Assembly (NCBI GenBank): GCA_913045275.1
Contig: CAJWPG010000001.1
Span: 4,776-68,775 of the forward strand
DNA: 64,000 nt
Reading direction: 5' to 3'
Origin: an uncultured Pelagibacteraceae bacterium
Lineage (GTDB): Bacteria; Pseudomonadota; Alphaproteobacteria; Pelagibacterales; Pelagibacteraceae
Shown: positions 26,681-36,947 of the stretch, in pieces
How positions within the stretch are numbered: the stretch's first letter is position 1
Layout of the letters: each line of letters opens with the position of its first letter
Position numbers and translations under genes: made by a program
The notes under the pieces: model-generated
What the model was told of the DNA's origin: nothing
The model's database searches: none
What the model saw: only the letters and a program-made list of their open reading frames with translations

Positions 26681-27082
26681 TTACTTAGCGTCCTCTTTTA
26701 ATTCTGCTTTAACTTCCTTAATTTCTTTTTTTATTTTTTCAGCTTCAGATATTATTTTGCCATCTTTTGAAAAAATTTTATTAATTCTAATTAATGAAAA
26801 TTGTTGTCTATGTCCATTTTTTCTTCTTGAGTTTTTTCTTCTTCTTTTTTTGAAAATAAGAATTGTTCTGTTTTTTGAATTTTTTATTAAATCAGCCTCT
26901 ACTTTAGCACCAGAAATAGTTGGCTCACCCAATTCTATAGACTTGTCATCCCCATAAGCTAATATTTCTTTAAATTCAACTTTAGTTTCAGGCTTTGAAT
27001 CTTCTAATTTTTCTACTTTAATTATTTCCCCGGCCTTCACCTTGTACTGTTTTCCACCTGTTTGTATAACTGCGAATGACAT
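26681..27082 (-). CDS. rplU: 50S ribosomal protein L21 with charged C-terminal extension
   Basis: FAVIQTGGKQYKV, GHRQ. Confidence 0.97.
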   Translation of the reverse strand: MSFAVIQTGGKQYKVKAGEIIKVEKLEDSKPETKVEFKEILAYGDDKSIELGEPTISGAKVEADLIKNSKNRTILIFKKRRRKNSRRKNGHRQQFSLIRINKIFSKDGKIISEAEKIKKEIKEVKAELKEDAK

Positions 27083-27106
27083 TATTTTCTAAATTTTATA
27101 AACAGC

Positions 27107-27134
27107 AATATAATCAGAGACTTGTTTTAGTCAA
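27107..27134 (-). promoter_or_regulatory. Putative sigma70 promoter of rplU-rpmA
   Basis: Minus strand TTGACT-16 bp-TATATT. Confidence 0.55.
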
Positions 27135-27144
27135 GACGAATAAG

Positions 27145-27864
27145 TTAGAAATTATCCTTTAAATCTCTTAATTTTGAAAATGACTGCACATCTTTTGATC
27201 TTAAAAAAATATTACATTCTAGCTCTTCTTTAATTGTAGTGGGAATAGTAGGAAGACCTTTTTCTAAATTTGTTTTTACTAATTTTATCTTTTCTTTAAG
27301 AGTGGGGTTATTTTCATCATGTTTAATACAAAATTCTGAATTTTTTAAAGTGTATTCGTGACCACAATAGATTTTAGTGTCTCCTGGAAAAGATTTAATT
27401 AATTGTAGAGAGGAAAACATTTCTTCATAAGTTCCTTCAAAAATTCTACCACAACCCAATGAAAACAAAGTGTCTCCTGTAAATAAAATATTTTGATTAA
27501 AAAAATGATAACAAACATGTCCAGAAGTATGACCCGGAATATGATAAATTTTTGCTTCAAATTTATTATTTTTCCAAATTTCTTTATCATCCAAAGCAAT
27601 ATCTATTTCGGGAATTCTATTTTTATCTTTTTTGAAACCAATTACTTTTGAATTATATTTTTTTTTAAGATCTTTATTTCCACCAATATGATCAAAATGA
27701 TGATGAGTATTTAGTATAAATGTTAAATTTATTTTATTTTTTTCAGTATAATCAATTATTGGTTTCGATTCACTTGGGTCAATTACGCATGCAGAATTGC
27801 TTTCTTCATCAATTAATAGATATGAATAATTGTCTTCTAAGCATTTAATTATTTCTATTTTCAT
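27145..27864 (-). CDS. gloB: Hydroxyacylglutathione hydrolase (glyoxalase II)
   Basis: THHHFDHIGG, PGHTSGH, GDTLFSLGCGRIFEG, CGHEYT. Confidence 0.96.
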   Translation of the reverse strand: MKIEIIKCLEDNYSYLLIDEESNSACVIDPSESKPIIDYTEKNKINLTFILNTHHHFDHIGGNKDLKKKYNSKVIGFKKDKNRIPEIDIALDDKEIWKNNKFEAKIYHIPGHTSGHVCYHFFNQNILFTGDTLFSLGCGRIFEGTYEEMFSSLQLIKSFPGDTKIYCGHEYTLKNSEFCIKHDENNPTLKEKIKLVKTNLEKGLPTIPTTIKEELECNIFLRSKDVQSFSKLRDLKDNF

Positions 27865-28460
27865 TTATTTTCAATTAGGAATATTCCCAATTCTGATATT
27901 AGGTTTTTATATTCTAAATTTTTCAAACTAATTTCTGAAATTTCTTCTTGATTTAAAGCTAATGATTTAAAAATTCTAATATTTCTTTTTTCACAAAAAA
28001 TAAAAAAATCTTTAATAGTGCACATGTGTAAATTTGGTGTATTGTGCCATTCGTAAGGAAGATTTTTTGTTACAGGCATAGTTCCTTTTGTTAATAGCGC
28101 TAGCCTAACTTTCCAATAGCCAAAATTAGGGATGGTTACTATCGCTTTCTTTCCAACTCTTAATAAATTTGTAATAACTTTTTCTGGATTTAAAAACGCT
28201 TGAAGAGTTTGGCTTAAAATAACACAATCAAAAGAATGATTAGGAAATTGAATTAAATCATTTTCTGCATTTCCTTCTATTACCGGCAAACCTTTTGATA
28301 AACAATTTTGAACACTTTTTTTTGAAATTTCTAAGCCCCTTATATCTTTAGTTTTATTTTCAAATAGATATTTCATTAATTCACCATCCCCACATCCGAC
28401 ATCAAGTGTTTTAGAATTTTTTTCAATTAATTCAGATATAATTTTATATTCTTTTTTCAT
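27861..28460 (-). CDS. metW: Methionine biosynthesis protein MetW
   Basis: LDVGCGDG, ILSQTLQA, PNFGYW, TPNLH; follows metX. Confidence 0.94.
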   Translation of the reverse strand: MKKEYKIISELIEKNSKTLDVGCGDGELMKYLFENKTKDIRGLEISKKSVQNCLSKGLPVIEGNAENDLIQFPNHSFDCVILSQTLQAFLNPEKVITNLLRVGKKAIVTIPNFGYWKVRLALLTKGTMPVTKNLPYEWHNTPNLHMCTIKDFFIFCEKRNIRIFKSLALNQEEISEISLKNLEYKNLISELGIFLIENK

Positions 28461-29583
28461 TTAGATTTGAGTATGTGTTTTTTAAATAATTTTTTAGAGT
28501 ATTAAGAAAGTCTGGAGTGTTTAGCAGAAAAGAATCATGACCTTTATCGGATTCTATTTCTATAAAACCAACATCGGCTCCAATTGCATTTAAGGCGATT
28601 ACAATATCTCTATTTTCAGGTGTTGGATATAACCAGTCAGATGTAAATGATATAACAAAAAATTTGGTTTTACTTTTCCCAAAAGCTTTTGATAAATTTC
28701 CGTTAAATTTATTTGTTAAATCAAAATAGTCCATTGCTCTTGTTATGTATAGATAGCTATTGGCATCAAAACGATCCACAAAAACGGATCCTTGATGTCT
28801 CAAATAGCTTTCTATCTGAAAGTCGACATCGAAACTAAATTTTAAATCGTCTCTTTCATGAAGTTTTCTTCCAAATTTTTCTTGTAAACCTTTTTTGGAT
28901 AAATAAGTAATATGTGCAGCCATTCTTGCTACAGCCAAACCTTTATTTGGATTTTTTTCATTTTCTCCATAGAAACCATTTTGCCAATTTATGTCAGCCA
29001 TAATTGATTGTCTTCCAAGTTCATTTAATGCAATATTTTGTGCAGAATGACTTGCGGTACAAGCTATTGGTACTGCCACTCTAGCCTTGTTTGGAAAGTT
29101 TGAAACAAACTGTAAAACCTGCATTCCACCCATAGACCCTCCAGCTATAGCAAATAATTTTTCAATCTTAAAAAAATCTAAAAGATTGTACTGTGCATTC
29201 ACCATGTCATTTATAGTTATAACTGGAAAATTTGTTCCTATGGGCTTGTTTGTTTTGTTATCAATTGTACTTGGTCCATATGAACCCATACACCCACCTA
29301 TAACATTTGCACATATTACAAAAAACTTTTCAGTATCAAATGCTTTTCCAGGACCCATTGCATGACTCCACCACCCCTCTTTATTAGTAATTGGATTTAT
29401 TCCAGAGGCAAATTGATCTCCTGTTAATGCATGAAAAACTAAAATGGCGTTATCTTTATTTTCATTTAATTTTCCATAAGTTTCGTAAGCTAAAGGGAAA
29501 TTTGAAATTTCTTTTCCACAATCTAATTTTAGTGGATTTTTAACTAATATATTTTTTATCTTACTTAAATCGTTCATATACAT
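28444..29583 (-). CDS. metX: Homoserine O-acyltransferase (MetX family)
   Basis: HALTGD, GGSMGGMQ nucleophile elbow, RFDANSY, GHDSFL; alternative start at 29577. Confidence 0.96.
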   Translation of the reverse strand: MYMNDLSKIKNILVKNPLKLDCGKEISNFPLAYETYGKLNENKDNAILVFHALTGDQFASGINPITNKEGWWSHAMGPGKAFDTEKFFVICANVIGGCMGSYGPSTIDNKTNKPIGTNFPVITINDMVNAQYNLLDFFKIEKLFAIAGGSMGGMQVLQFVSNFPNKARVAVPIACTASHSAQNIALNELGRQSIMADINWQNGFYGENEKNPNKGLAVARMAAHITYLSKKGLQEKFGRKLHERDDLKFSFDVDFQIESYLRHQGSVFVDRFDANSYLYITRAMDYFDLTNKFNGNLSKAFGKSKTKFFVISFTSDWLYPTPENRDIVIALNAIGADVGFIEIESDKGHDSFLLNTPDFLNTLKNYLKNTYSNLNEKRI

Positions 29584-29607
29584 TTTTTATTGAATTGGGA
29601 GGAAAAA

Positions 29608-29661
29608 AACTTGTTTAGCAGTTTTTTTATAGCGCTCGCAATTCAGTTTAAATCAGCGCAA
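29608..29661 (-). ncRNA. SAM-II riboswitch in the metX leader
   Basis: Minus strand UGCGCUGAUUUAAACUGAAUUGCGAGCGCUAUAAAAAAACUGCUAAACAAGUU: P1 GCGCU/AGCGC, conserved GAUUU, UUGC and GCUAAA, pseudoknot AACU/AGUU; matches the SAM-II pattern and its metX context. Confidence 0.9.
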
Positions 29662-29665
29662 AAAG

Positions 29666-29694
29666 TTTTTACAAGAAACATATTTATTTGTCAA
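29666..29694 (-). promoter_or_regulatory. Sigma70 promoter for SAM-II-metX
   Basis: Minus strand TTGACA-17 bp-TAAAAA, placing the start site at the 5' end of the riboswitch. Confidence 0.7.
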
Positions 29695-29757
29695 TTTCTT
29701 TAGAATTAATTGATTGTATTATTAGAATATTTAACTATTTATTAGTTAAATTGTACA

Positions 29758-30843
29758 ATGATCACTCCTACTTTTAGAAAGATAAATCTACAGGTTTATA
29801 AACCTGGCCGATCTATATCAAAAAAAAATAAAAAAGTTATTAAACTTTCTGCTAATGAGTCTGCTTTAGGAATAGGAAAAAAAGTTCAAAAAGTTTTAAA
29901 AACTTTTGACAAAAAAATTTCTAAATATCCAGATAGCAAATTCAAAAGTCTAACTAATCAAATTTCAAAAAAATATAAATGTAATCAAAATCAAATTATC
30001 TGCGGTTCTGGTTCTGATGAAATAATACAAATGTTGTGTCAGCTTTTTTTAAAAAAAGGAGACGAAGTAATAGTTCCACAATACAGTTTTTTAATGTATA
30101 GAATTTATGCAAAAATAGTAGATGCCAAAGTAATATTTTCAAAAGAGATTAATTTTAAAATTTCTATTAAAGAAATATTAAAAAAGGTAACAAAAAAAAC
30201 TAAAATAGTATTTTTGGCTAACCCAAATAATCCAACTGGAACATATATTGATAATAGAGAGTTAGTAAAATTAAGAAAAAAACTTAGTAGCAGAATATTG
30301 CTTGTGGTTGATGATGCTTATTTTGAATACATGGTTAACAAAGATTATAAATCTGGATTAGAAATTTTTAAAAATAAAAAAAATGTATTTATTTTAAGAA
30401 CATTTTCAAAAATTCATGGTCTAGCTTCTTTAAGAATAGGTTGGGGTTATGGAGATAAAAAAATAATTGATGAATTATATAAAATAAAGCCCCCTTTTAA
30501 TGTAAATAAAATTGCTCAAGTATGTGCAATAGAAGCATTGAAAGATAAAGAATTTATTAAAAAATCTGTTAAACATAATATTTTATGGGGTAAAAAAATT
30601 AAAAGAGAATTAGAAAAATATAAAATAAGCACTAATAAAATTGGTCCAAATTTTTTTCTGTTAAATTTTAATAAAAGTAAAATTTCAGCTAACAAGGTTG
30701 AAAAAAAACTTGAAGATTCTGGAATAATTCTTAGAGAAATGAGATCTTACAGAATTAAAAATTGTTTAAGATTTACTATTGGAAATAAAAAAGAAAATAT
30801 ATTTTTTATAAATAAAATGAAATCTATTTTTAAAAATGTTTAA
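29758..30843 (+). CDS. hisC: Histidinol-phosphate aminotransferase
   Basis: KLSANES, GSGSDE, NPNNPTG, DDAY, RTFSKIHGLASLRIGW. Confidence 0.93.
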   Translation: MITPTFRKINLQVYKPGRSISKKNKKVIKLSANESALGIGKKVQKVLKTFDKKISKYPDSKFKSLTNQISKKYKCNQNQIICGSGSDEIIQMLCQLFLKKGDEVIVPQYSFLMYRIYAKIVDAKVIFSKEINFKISIKEILKKVTKKTKIVFLANPNNPTGTYIDNRELVKLRKKLSSRILLVVDDAYFEYMVNKDYKSGLEIFKNKKNVFILRTFSKIHGLASLRIGWGYGDKKIIDELYKIKPPFNVNKIAQVCAIEALKDKEFIKKSVKHNILWGKKIKRELEKYKISTNKIGPNFFLLNFNKSKISANKVEKKLEDSGIILREMRSYRIKNCLRFTIGNKKENIFFINKMKSIFKNV

Positions 30844-31729
30844 AAAAATATTAATTGTTGGATGTGGCTTGATTGGATCTTCGGTATTAAGAGGTTCTTT
30901 TAATAGAAAAATTTCTAAAAAAATATTTGTTTACGAAAAGTCAAAAAAAAATATATCAAAAATAAAAAAGATAAACTCAAAAGTAATTATTTTAAAAAAA
31001 TTAAATAATAAGATATCAGATATTGATTTTGTTATATTGTCGACACCAATGAGTCAGTATGAAAGAATTATTCCATATTTAAATAAATTTTTAAGTAAAA
31101 AAAGTATAATTACTGATGTAGGATCAACAAAGCAAAATGTTTTAAACTTAAAAAATAAAAAATTAAATAAATCTTTAGATTGGATTTTAAGTCATCCAAT
31201 TTCTGGATCAGAGGTTAGTGGACCAGAATATGGTACAAAAAATTTATTTTTAAATAAATGGTGCATTATTGTTAGTGATAAAAATAAAAGTAAAGTTAAA
31301 AAAGTAATTAGATTTTGGAAAAAACTTGGATCTAAAGTAATTTTAATGGATCCAGTCGAGCATGATAAAATATTTTCATTAACTAGTCATTTACCTCATT
31401 TAATTGCTTATAACTTAATTAAGACTGCACAAGATTTTCAAAAAAAACATAAGAAAAATGTAATTAAATTTAGTGCCGGAGGTCTTAGAGATTTTTCTAG
31501 AATAGCCGCTTCAAATGAAATTATGTGGAGAGATGTATTTTTTAATAATAGAAAAAATATGATTAATGCAATAAATATGTTTATTAAAAATTTAAATTCA
31601 TTTAAAAAAAATATTCTAAATCTTGAGGATAAAAACTTAAGGAAAAAACTTATCAATTCTAAAAAGGTAAGAAAACAGATAATTGATTTAAAACAAGATG
31701 TTTCAAAACCAGACTTTGGTAGAGAATAA
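30836..31729 (+). CDS. tyrA: Prephenate/arogenate (cyclohexadienyl) dehydrogenase
   Basis: GCGLIGSS, TDVGSTK, SHPISGSE, SHLPHL, GGLRDFSRIAAS. Confidence 0.93.
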   Translation: MFKKILIVGCGLIGSSVLRGSFNRKISKKIFVYEKSKKNISKIKKINSKVIILKKLNNKISDIDFVILSTPMSQYERIIPYLNKFLSKKSIITDVGSTKQNVLNLKNKKLNKSLDWILSHPISGSEVSGPEYGTKNLFLNKWCIIVSDKNKSKVKKVIRFWKKLGSKVILMDPVEHDKIFSLTSHLPHLIAYNLIKTAQDFQKKHKKNVIKFSAGGLRDFSRIAASNEIMWRDVFFNNRKNMINAINMFIKNLNSFKKNILNLEDKNLRKKLINSKKVRKQIIDLKQDVSKPDFGRE

Positions 31730-31731
31730 AT

Positions 31732-32484
31732 TTAAATCGAAAATATTTTTTTTACTTCAAGATTAGCGGTATCTTTTATAAGCCTAATTGTTTTTTTTAT
31801 TGGCATAATTAAAACTTTTTTTCTTGGACCATATGCATGTATTAATTCTTTTGAATTAATGCATATTGCGACATGTCCTTTCCAATAAATAATATCCCCA
31901 AGTCTAAATTTTTTTATAATAGTACCTTTTTTATATTTTATCTGATCAACGGTATCTCTTGGAAAAAATTTGTCATTAAATTTATAAAAGATTTGTATTA
32001 AAGCAGAACAATCGATACCTCTGTAGGTTTTTCCTCCCCATTTATATTTACAATTTAAAAACAATTTTAAAATTTTAATAATATTTTTTTCTTTTTGATG
32101 AACTAACTTAATATCTTTAGCAAATATCCATTTGTTTTTATCAAACATAACAAAATTGTTTTTTTTTTTTAGTATTTGTATTTTGCTTGAAAAAGACAAA
32201 AAATTTTTTGATTTGTACTTCTTTAAATTTTTTGGATATTTAAAAATTCTTGACTTAAGAACACTTACTTTGTGAGTACCTGCAAAGTTAGTTAAATACT
32301 TTGTTGGCTTAATATAACCTATATAATTGTCATATTTAGTTCTTATTTTAAAAAAATTTTTTTCCTTTTTTATAATTTTAAATTTTTCACCGTAAATTAT
32401 TTGTGAACCAATCTTTGAATTAAAAGATGGACGATCGTATAGATTTATAAATGGATTTTTGCAAAAAAAGCTATTTTGCACCAA
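31732..32484 (-). CDS. SH3-like plus NlpC/P60 (C40) cell-wall peptidase, no evident signal peptide
   Basis: YKWGG..GIDCSAL, PRDT..Q, GHVAI, IHA catalytic motifs. Confidence 0.88.
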   Translation of the reverse strand: MVQNSFFCKNPFINLYDRPSFNSKIGSQIIYGEKFKIIKKEKNFFKIRTKYDNYIGYIKPTKYLTNFAGTHKVSVLKSRIFKYPKNLKKYKSKNFLSFSSKIQILKKKNNFVMFDKNKWIFAKDIKLVHQKEKNIIKILKLFLNCKYKWGGKTYRGIDCSALIQIFYKFNDKFFPRDTVDQIKYKKGTIIKKFRLGDIIYWKGHVAICINSKELIHAYGPRKKVLIMPIKKTIRLIKDTANLEVKKIFSI

Positions 32485-33844
32485 GTTTTAATTTATCTTT
32501 AATTAACCATAAACAAATTAATGATGGAATAACCATAACTGTAGTTAATACGAAAAATGTACCCCAATCTCCATTCAACCAGTCAACTAATGCCCCTGAA
32601 GAAGAAGCCAAAGTTGTTCTTCCAGCCGTTCCAATTGAAGCAAGTAATGCATATTGAGTTGCTGTGTAGGTTCTATCAACTAATAATGATATAAAGGCGA
32701 CAAAAGCAACTGTTGCAAAAGCGGCTGTAATATCATCAGCTATAACAGCAATTGCAAACATTAATTCTGATTTTCCTGTCCAAGCTAGAACTGCAAATAA
32801 CAGATTTGTTAATGCCATTAATCCCCCAGCAACAAACATTGTCTTCACCGTTCCAGATCTCATTGCAAATATTCCCCCTAATAATGTAAATACAACTGTT
32901 GTAATCCATCCTAAGGTTTTAGAGTAAATTGCAATTTGTCCTTTAGAAAATCCAATTTCTTTATAAAAGACGATTGACATACGACCAAGAAAAGCTTCTC
33001 CAATTTTAAATAAAAATACAAATCCTAAGATTCCTAAAGCTATTTTAAATCCATTTTTTTTAAAGAAACTAATTATAGGTCCGCCAATTGTACCCATAAT
33101 CCAAGAAATATAATTAGTTATAATATTGCTAGATCCCAGATTTTTTTCTATGATTTTATCAGTTTGTTTTTGTTTTAATTGTCTATCAGTTTTAATTGGC
33201 TCGTGAACAAACATTAGACCGATATTCATTAAAATAATAACAGCTCCCAAAACCAAGAAAGTTGCTTGCCAATAACCCACAATTCCTATTTTTTCAAAAT
33301 ATTCTGCAGTGAACAATGCTATAACGCCTCCTAACTTATAACCTGTCCACCACCCAACAACAGCCATTGCGGCACCTGCAGCCATAGATTTTCCTTCGTT
33401 TGCATTGATCTGTTCAATTCTTAAAGCGTCAACAGTTATATCTTGGGTAGCTGAAGCAATCGCAATAATTAATCCTACTGAAATCAACAAAGCCAAATCT
33501 TGTGTTGGATTAATATAACTCCACACAACTAAACTTACCAGGATTGCAACTTGCATTAAAACTATCCATCCTCTTCTATGACCTAGTTTTTTTGTTAAAT
33601 AAGGAATCTGAATTCTATCAATTATTGGTGCCCATAAATAATTGAATGCGTAAACACCAAAAATTAAGCCTGCCCATCCAATAGTTGATCTGCTAAGTCC
33701 TTCTTCTTTTAACCATAAACTTAAACTGCTTCCAATTAGAACCCAAGGAAAACCACTTATGGCCCCAAGAAGTAAAATTCTTACCATTCTTATGTCTCTG
33801 TAAACTAAGAGAGATTCAGTCCAGCTTTGCTTTTTTCCAATCAT
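32471..33844 (-). CDS. ampG: Muropeptide MFS permease
   Basis: GAISGFP, LWAPIIDR, RRGW, SATQDITVDALRIE, TATQYALLAS; ATG at 33844 coupled to trkH stop. Confidence 0.92.
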   Translation of the reverse strand: MIGKKQSWTESLLVYRDIRMVRILLLGAISGFPWVLIGSSLSLWLKEEGLSRSTIGWAGLIFGVYAFNYLWAPIIDRIQIPYLTKKLGHRRGWIVLMQVAILVSLVVWSYINPTQDLALLISVGLIIAIASATQDITVDALRIEQINANEGKSMAAGAAMAVVGWWTGYKLGGVIALFTAEYFEKIGIVGYWQATFLVLGAVIILMNIGLMFVHEPIKTDRQLKQKQTDKIIEKNLGSSNIITNYISWIMGTIGGPIISFFKKNGFKIALGILGFVFLFKIGEAFLGRMSIVFYKEIGFSKGQIAIYSKTLGWITTVVFTLLGGIFAMRSGTVKTMFVAGGLMALTNLLFAVLAWTGKSELMFAIAVIADDITAAFATVAFVAFISLLVDRTYTATQYALLASIGTAGRTTLASSSGALVDWLNGDWGTFFVLTTVMVIPSLICLWLIKDKLKLGAK

Positions 33845-35292
33845 CAATATTTTCTCCAAAAAGAAGGTATAAACAATACTAATACAGCAAACAATTCTAA
33901 TCTACCTAAAATCATTGCAATACTCAAAATCCACTTAGAAAAATCAGTTAATTGAGAAAAATTACCATTAGGACCAATGATTTCTCCTAAACCAGGACCA
34001 ACATTTGATATTGAGGTTGCCGCAGCAGATATGGCTGTAATAAAGTTTAAACCATTAATTGACAATAAAGCAGTAACAATAAAAAAAATTAATATATATA
34101 AAAATATAAATGAAATTATTGAAGCCATAAATTTTTCATCAATATTATTTTTTTCATATTTAATATTAAATATTCCTCTTGGATAAATTATTTTTTTTAG
34201 CTGATTGGATATAAACTGATATAAAATTTGTACTCTAAATATTTTTATACCGCATGCTGTTGAGCCTGCACACCCACCTATAAACATTAATATCAAAAAA
34301 TACATTAATGGGAAAGAACCCCAATCACTAAAATTTTGTGTAACATATCCTGTCCCGGTAAGAATAGAAATTACATTAAAAGCAACTTCTCTTATATTTA
34401 TTTGAAATATATTTTGATTTTTTATTGATAGATAAACAAACATTAAAAGAATGGAAAATATAATTATTTTAAAAAAAGTTTTTATTTGAGCATCGTTTAA
34501 AAATATTTTTTTGTCTCCATTTAAATATTTAATATATGCAATAAATGGAATGCTTCCTAAAATAATAAATACAATTGATGTAAGTTCAATTAATGCACTA
34601 TCAAAATAACCAATCGATTCATTGTAATTTGAAAAACCACCAGTCGCTATAGTTGTCATAGAATGTACAATGCTATCAAAAAAACCCATTCCAAAAATTT
34701 TATAGAATACCGCACAAGTAATAGTTAGAGCCACATAAACTAAAATTAATCGAATAGAAATTTCTTTAGATTTAGGTAATATTTTTTCTGGAGTGTTACT
34801 TGTAGAAATTACAAATAATTGCATTCCACCTATATTCATAATTGGCATTAAAGTTATTGCCATTACAATAATTCCTATTCCACCTAACCATTGAAGCATT
34901 GCTCGCCATAATAAGATCGCTTTTGGAGTTTCGTTCAAATTAGTTATTATGGTAGATCCAGTAGTAGTTATTCCTGACATGCTTTCAAAAAATGCATCTG
35001 TAAGACTTAATTCTATGTCGGAAAATATAAATGGAAGTGAACCAAATATAGCTATACTTAACCAAGATAGAGCAGTAAGAAGAAAAGCTTGGGATAAAGT
35101 TAGTTTTTTATCGTGATCAAGGTTTGATAAAAAAAACAATATACCAAATATTATTGTGACTACTCCTGAACTTATAAATCCAGAATCAATTTGATCATAA
35201 AAAAATTGTGCCAAAATAGGCACTATCATCGATAGCCCTAAAATAATTTGCAAAACTCCTAATGTAAAAAAAACAGTTTTATAATTGGACAT
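33844..35292 (-). CDS. trkH: Trk potassium uptake membrane protein
   Basis: FESMSGITTTG, WLGGIG, ATGGFS, GGCAGSTACGIK, NVGPG, GRLE. Confidence 0.96.
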   Translation of the reverse strand: MSNYKTVFFTLGVLQIILGLSMIVPILAQFFYDQIDSGFISSGVVTIIFGILFFLSNLDHDKKLTLSQAFLLTALSWLSIAIFGSLPFIFSDIELSLTDAFFESMSGITTTGSTIITNLNETPKAILLWRAMLQWLGGIGIIVMAITLMPIMNIGGMQLFVISTSNTPEKILPKSKEISIRLILVYVALTITCAVFYKIFGMGFFDSIVHSMTTIATGGFSNYNESIGYFDSALIELTSIVFIILGSIPFIAYIKYLNGDKKIFLNDAQIKTFFKIIIFSILLMFVYLSIKNQNIFQINIREVAFNVISILTGTGYVTQNFSDWGSFPLMYFLILMFIGGCAGSTACGIKIFRVQILYQFISNQLKKIIYPRGIFNIKYEKNNIDEKFMASIISFIFLYILIFFIVTALLSINGLNFITAISAAATSISNVGPGLGEIIGPNGNFSQLTDFSKWILSIAMILGRLELFAVLVLFIPSFWRKY

Positions 35293-35378
35293 TTTGAATG
35301 AACATTATTTTATGGTAAATAAATTTCAACTCTATAAGAATTATTAAAAACGTTATTTTATAAGTTATTTACATTGTT

Positions 35379-36947
35379 GTGATAGATAAATCTAACATAG
35401 AAAAAACAAATGCTTGGCCATTTGTAGAGGCTAAAAAAGTTCTCAGAGAGAGAAAAAAGAATATTGACGCAAAGGGTAAAATAATTCTTCAAACCGGATA
35501 TGGTCCTAGTGGTCTGCCTCATATAGGAACCTTTGGTGAAGTTGCCAGAACATCTATGGTTGTAAATGCTCTTAATCAACTCACTGATATACCAAAAGAA
35601 ATTATAACATTTTCTGATGATATGGATGGATTAAGAAAAGTTCCTGGAAATATTCCAAATCAAGAAAAGCTACAAAATAATTTACACAAGCCTTTAACTC
35701 AAGTTCCAGATCCATTTGAAAAATATAATAGTTTTGGTGAGCATAATAATGAAATGTTAAAAAATTTTTTAGATAAATTTAACTTTAAATATACATTTAA
35801 AAGCTCATCCGAACTCTATAAATCTGGACATTTTAATTCTACCTTAAAACTTATATTAAAAAATTATCAAGGAATAATGGACATAATTATGCCAACACTT
35901 GGAAAAGAAAGGCAAAAAACATATTCTCCTTTTCTGCCAATTTGCCCAGATACAGGAACTGTTTTAGAAATACCTATTTTGGATATAGACGAAAAAAATT
36001 CTAAAATTATTTTTGATAATAAGGGAAATAAATTGGAAAAAAACATACTAGACGGAAATTGTAAATTACAATGGAAAGTTGATTGGGCTATGAGATGGTA
36101 TGCGCTTGATGTTGATTTTGAAATGTATGGCAAAGATCTTATTGAAAGTGCAATCTTATCAACCAAAATTATAAAATTATTAGGAAAACCAAATCCCTCA
36201 GTTTTTGCTTATGAACTTTTTTTAGACGAAAAAGGTGAAAAAATATCCAAATCCAAAGGAAATGGAATAACAATTGACGAGTGGTTAGAATACGCTTCAC
36301 CTGAAAGTTTGTCGCTTTTTATGTATCAAAATCCAAAACGTGCAAAAAAACTTTATAAAGAAATAGTTCCAAAAGCTGTCGATGAATATCTTGATTTTAT
36401 TGAAAAAGGAAAAAGCCAAAATGAATTACAATTGTTGCTAAATCCAGTCTGGCATGTTCATAATGGAGAAATGCCAACTGAAAATTCAGTTATGCCTTTT
36501 TCTATGCTTTTAAATCTTGTCGAAACAAGTAATGCCGATTCCAAGGAACTATTATGGAAATTTGTAAGAAAATATAAAAAAGATATTTCAGAAAAAGACC
36601 ACCCTATATTTGATAAGCTAATTAATTATGCAATTAAATATTTTAATGATGTGATAAAATCCGAAAAAATATACAAAAAACCAAATAAAGTAGAAAAAAA
36701 TGCTTTAGAAGCTTTAATTAAAGTTTTAGATAAATGCGATGATGATATGCAGCCAGAGGACATTCAAACAAATATTTACAGTGCTGGAAAAGAAAACGGT
36801 TATAAAGAAAACCTAAGAGATTGGTTTAAATTAATTTATGAAGTTATATTTGGAGATGAAAATGGCCCTAGAATGGGTTTTTTTATAAGCTTTTTTGGAG
36901 TTAATGAAACAAAAGAACTTATAAAAGATAAATTAAATAATGTTTAA
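35379..36947 (+). CDS. lysS: Lysine--tRNA ligase, class I
   Basis: GYGPSGLPHIGT, KLQWKVDWAMRW, KISKSKGN, GPRMG; GTG start. Confidence 0.96.
   Translation: MIDKSNIEKTNAWPFVEAKKVLRERKKNIDAKGKIILQTGYGPSGLPHIGTFGEVARTSMVVNALNQLTDIPKEIITFSDDMDGLRKVPGNIPNQEKLQNNLHKPLTQVPDPFEKYNSFGEHNNEMLKNFLDKFNFKYTFKSSSELYKSGHFNSTLKLILKNYQGIMDIIMPTLGKERQKTYSPFLPICPDTGTVLEIPILDIDEKNSKIIFDNKGNKLEKNILDGNCKLQWKVDWAMRWYALDVDFEMYGKDLIESAILSTKIIKLLGKPNPSVFAYELFLDEKGEKISKSKGNGITIDEWLEYASPESLSLFMYQNPKRAKKLYKEIVPKAVDEYLDFIEKGKSQNELQLLLNPVWHVHNGEMPTENSVMPFSMLLNLVETSNADSKELLWKFVRKYKKDISEKDHPIFDKLINYAIKYFNDVIKSEKIYKKPNKVEKNALEALIKVLDKCDDDMQPEDIQTNIYSAGKENGYKENLRDWFKLIYEVIFGDENGPRMGFFISFFGVNETKELIKDKLNNV

Noticed and set aside
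29584-29661. SAM-V or tandem SAM-II/SAM-V assignment
   Set aside because: The sequence fits SAM-II (GCGCUGAUUU...UUGC...GCUAAA) and only about 25 nt remain before the start codon, too short for a second aptamer.
35379-36947. Class I LysRS as a sign of archaeal gene transfer
   Set aside because: Class I LysRS is common in alphaproteobacteria and composition matches the surroundings.
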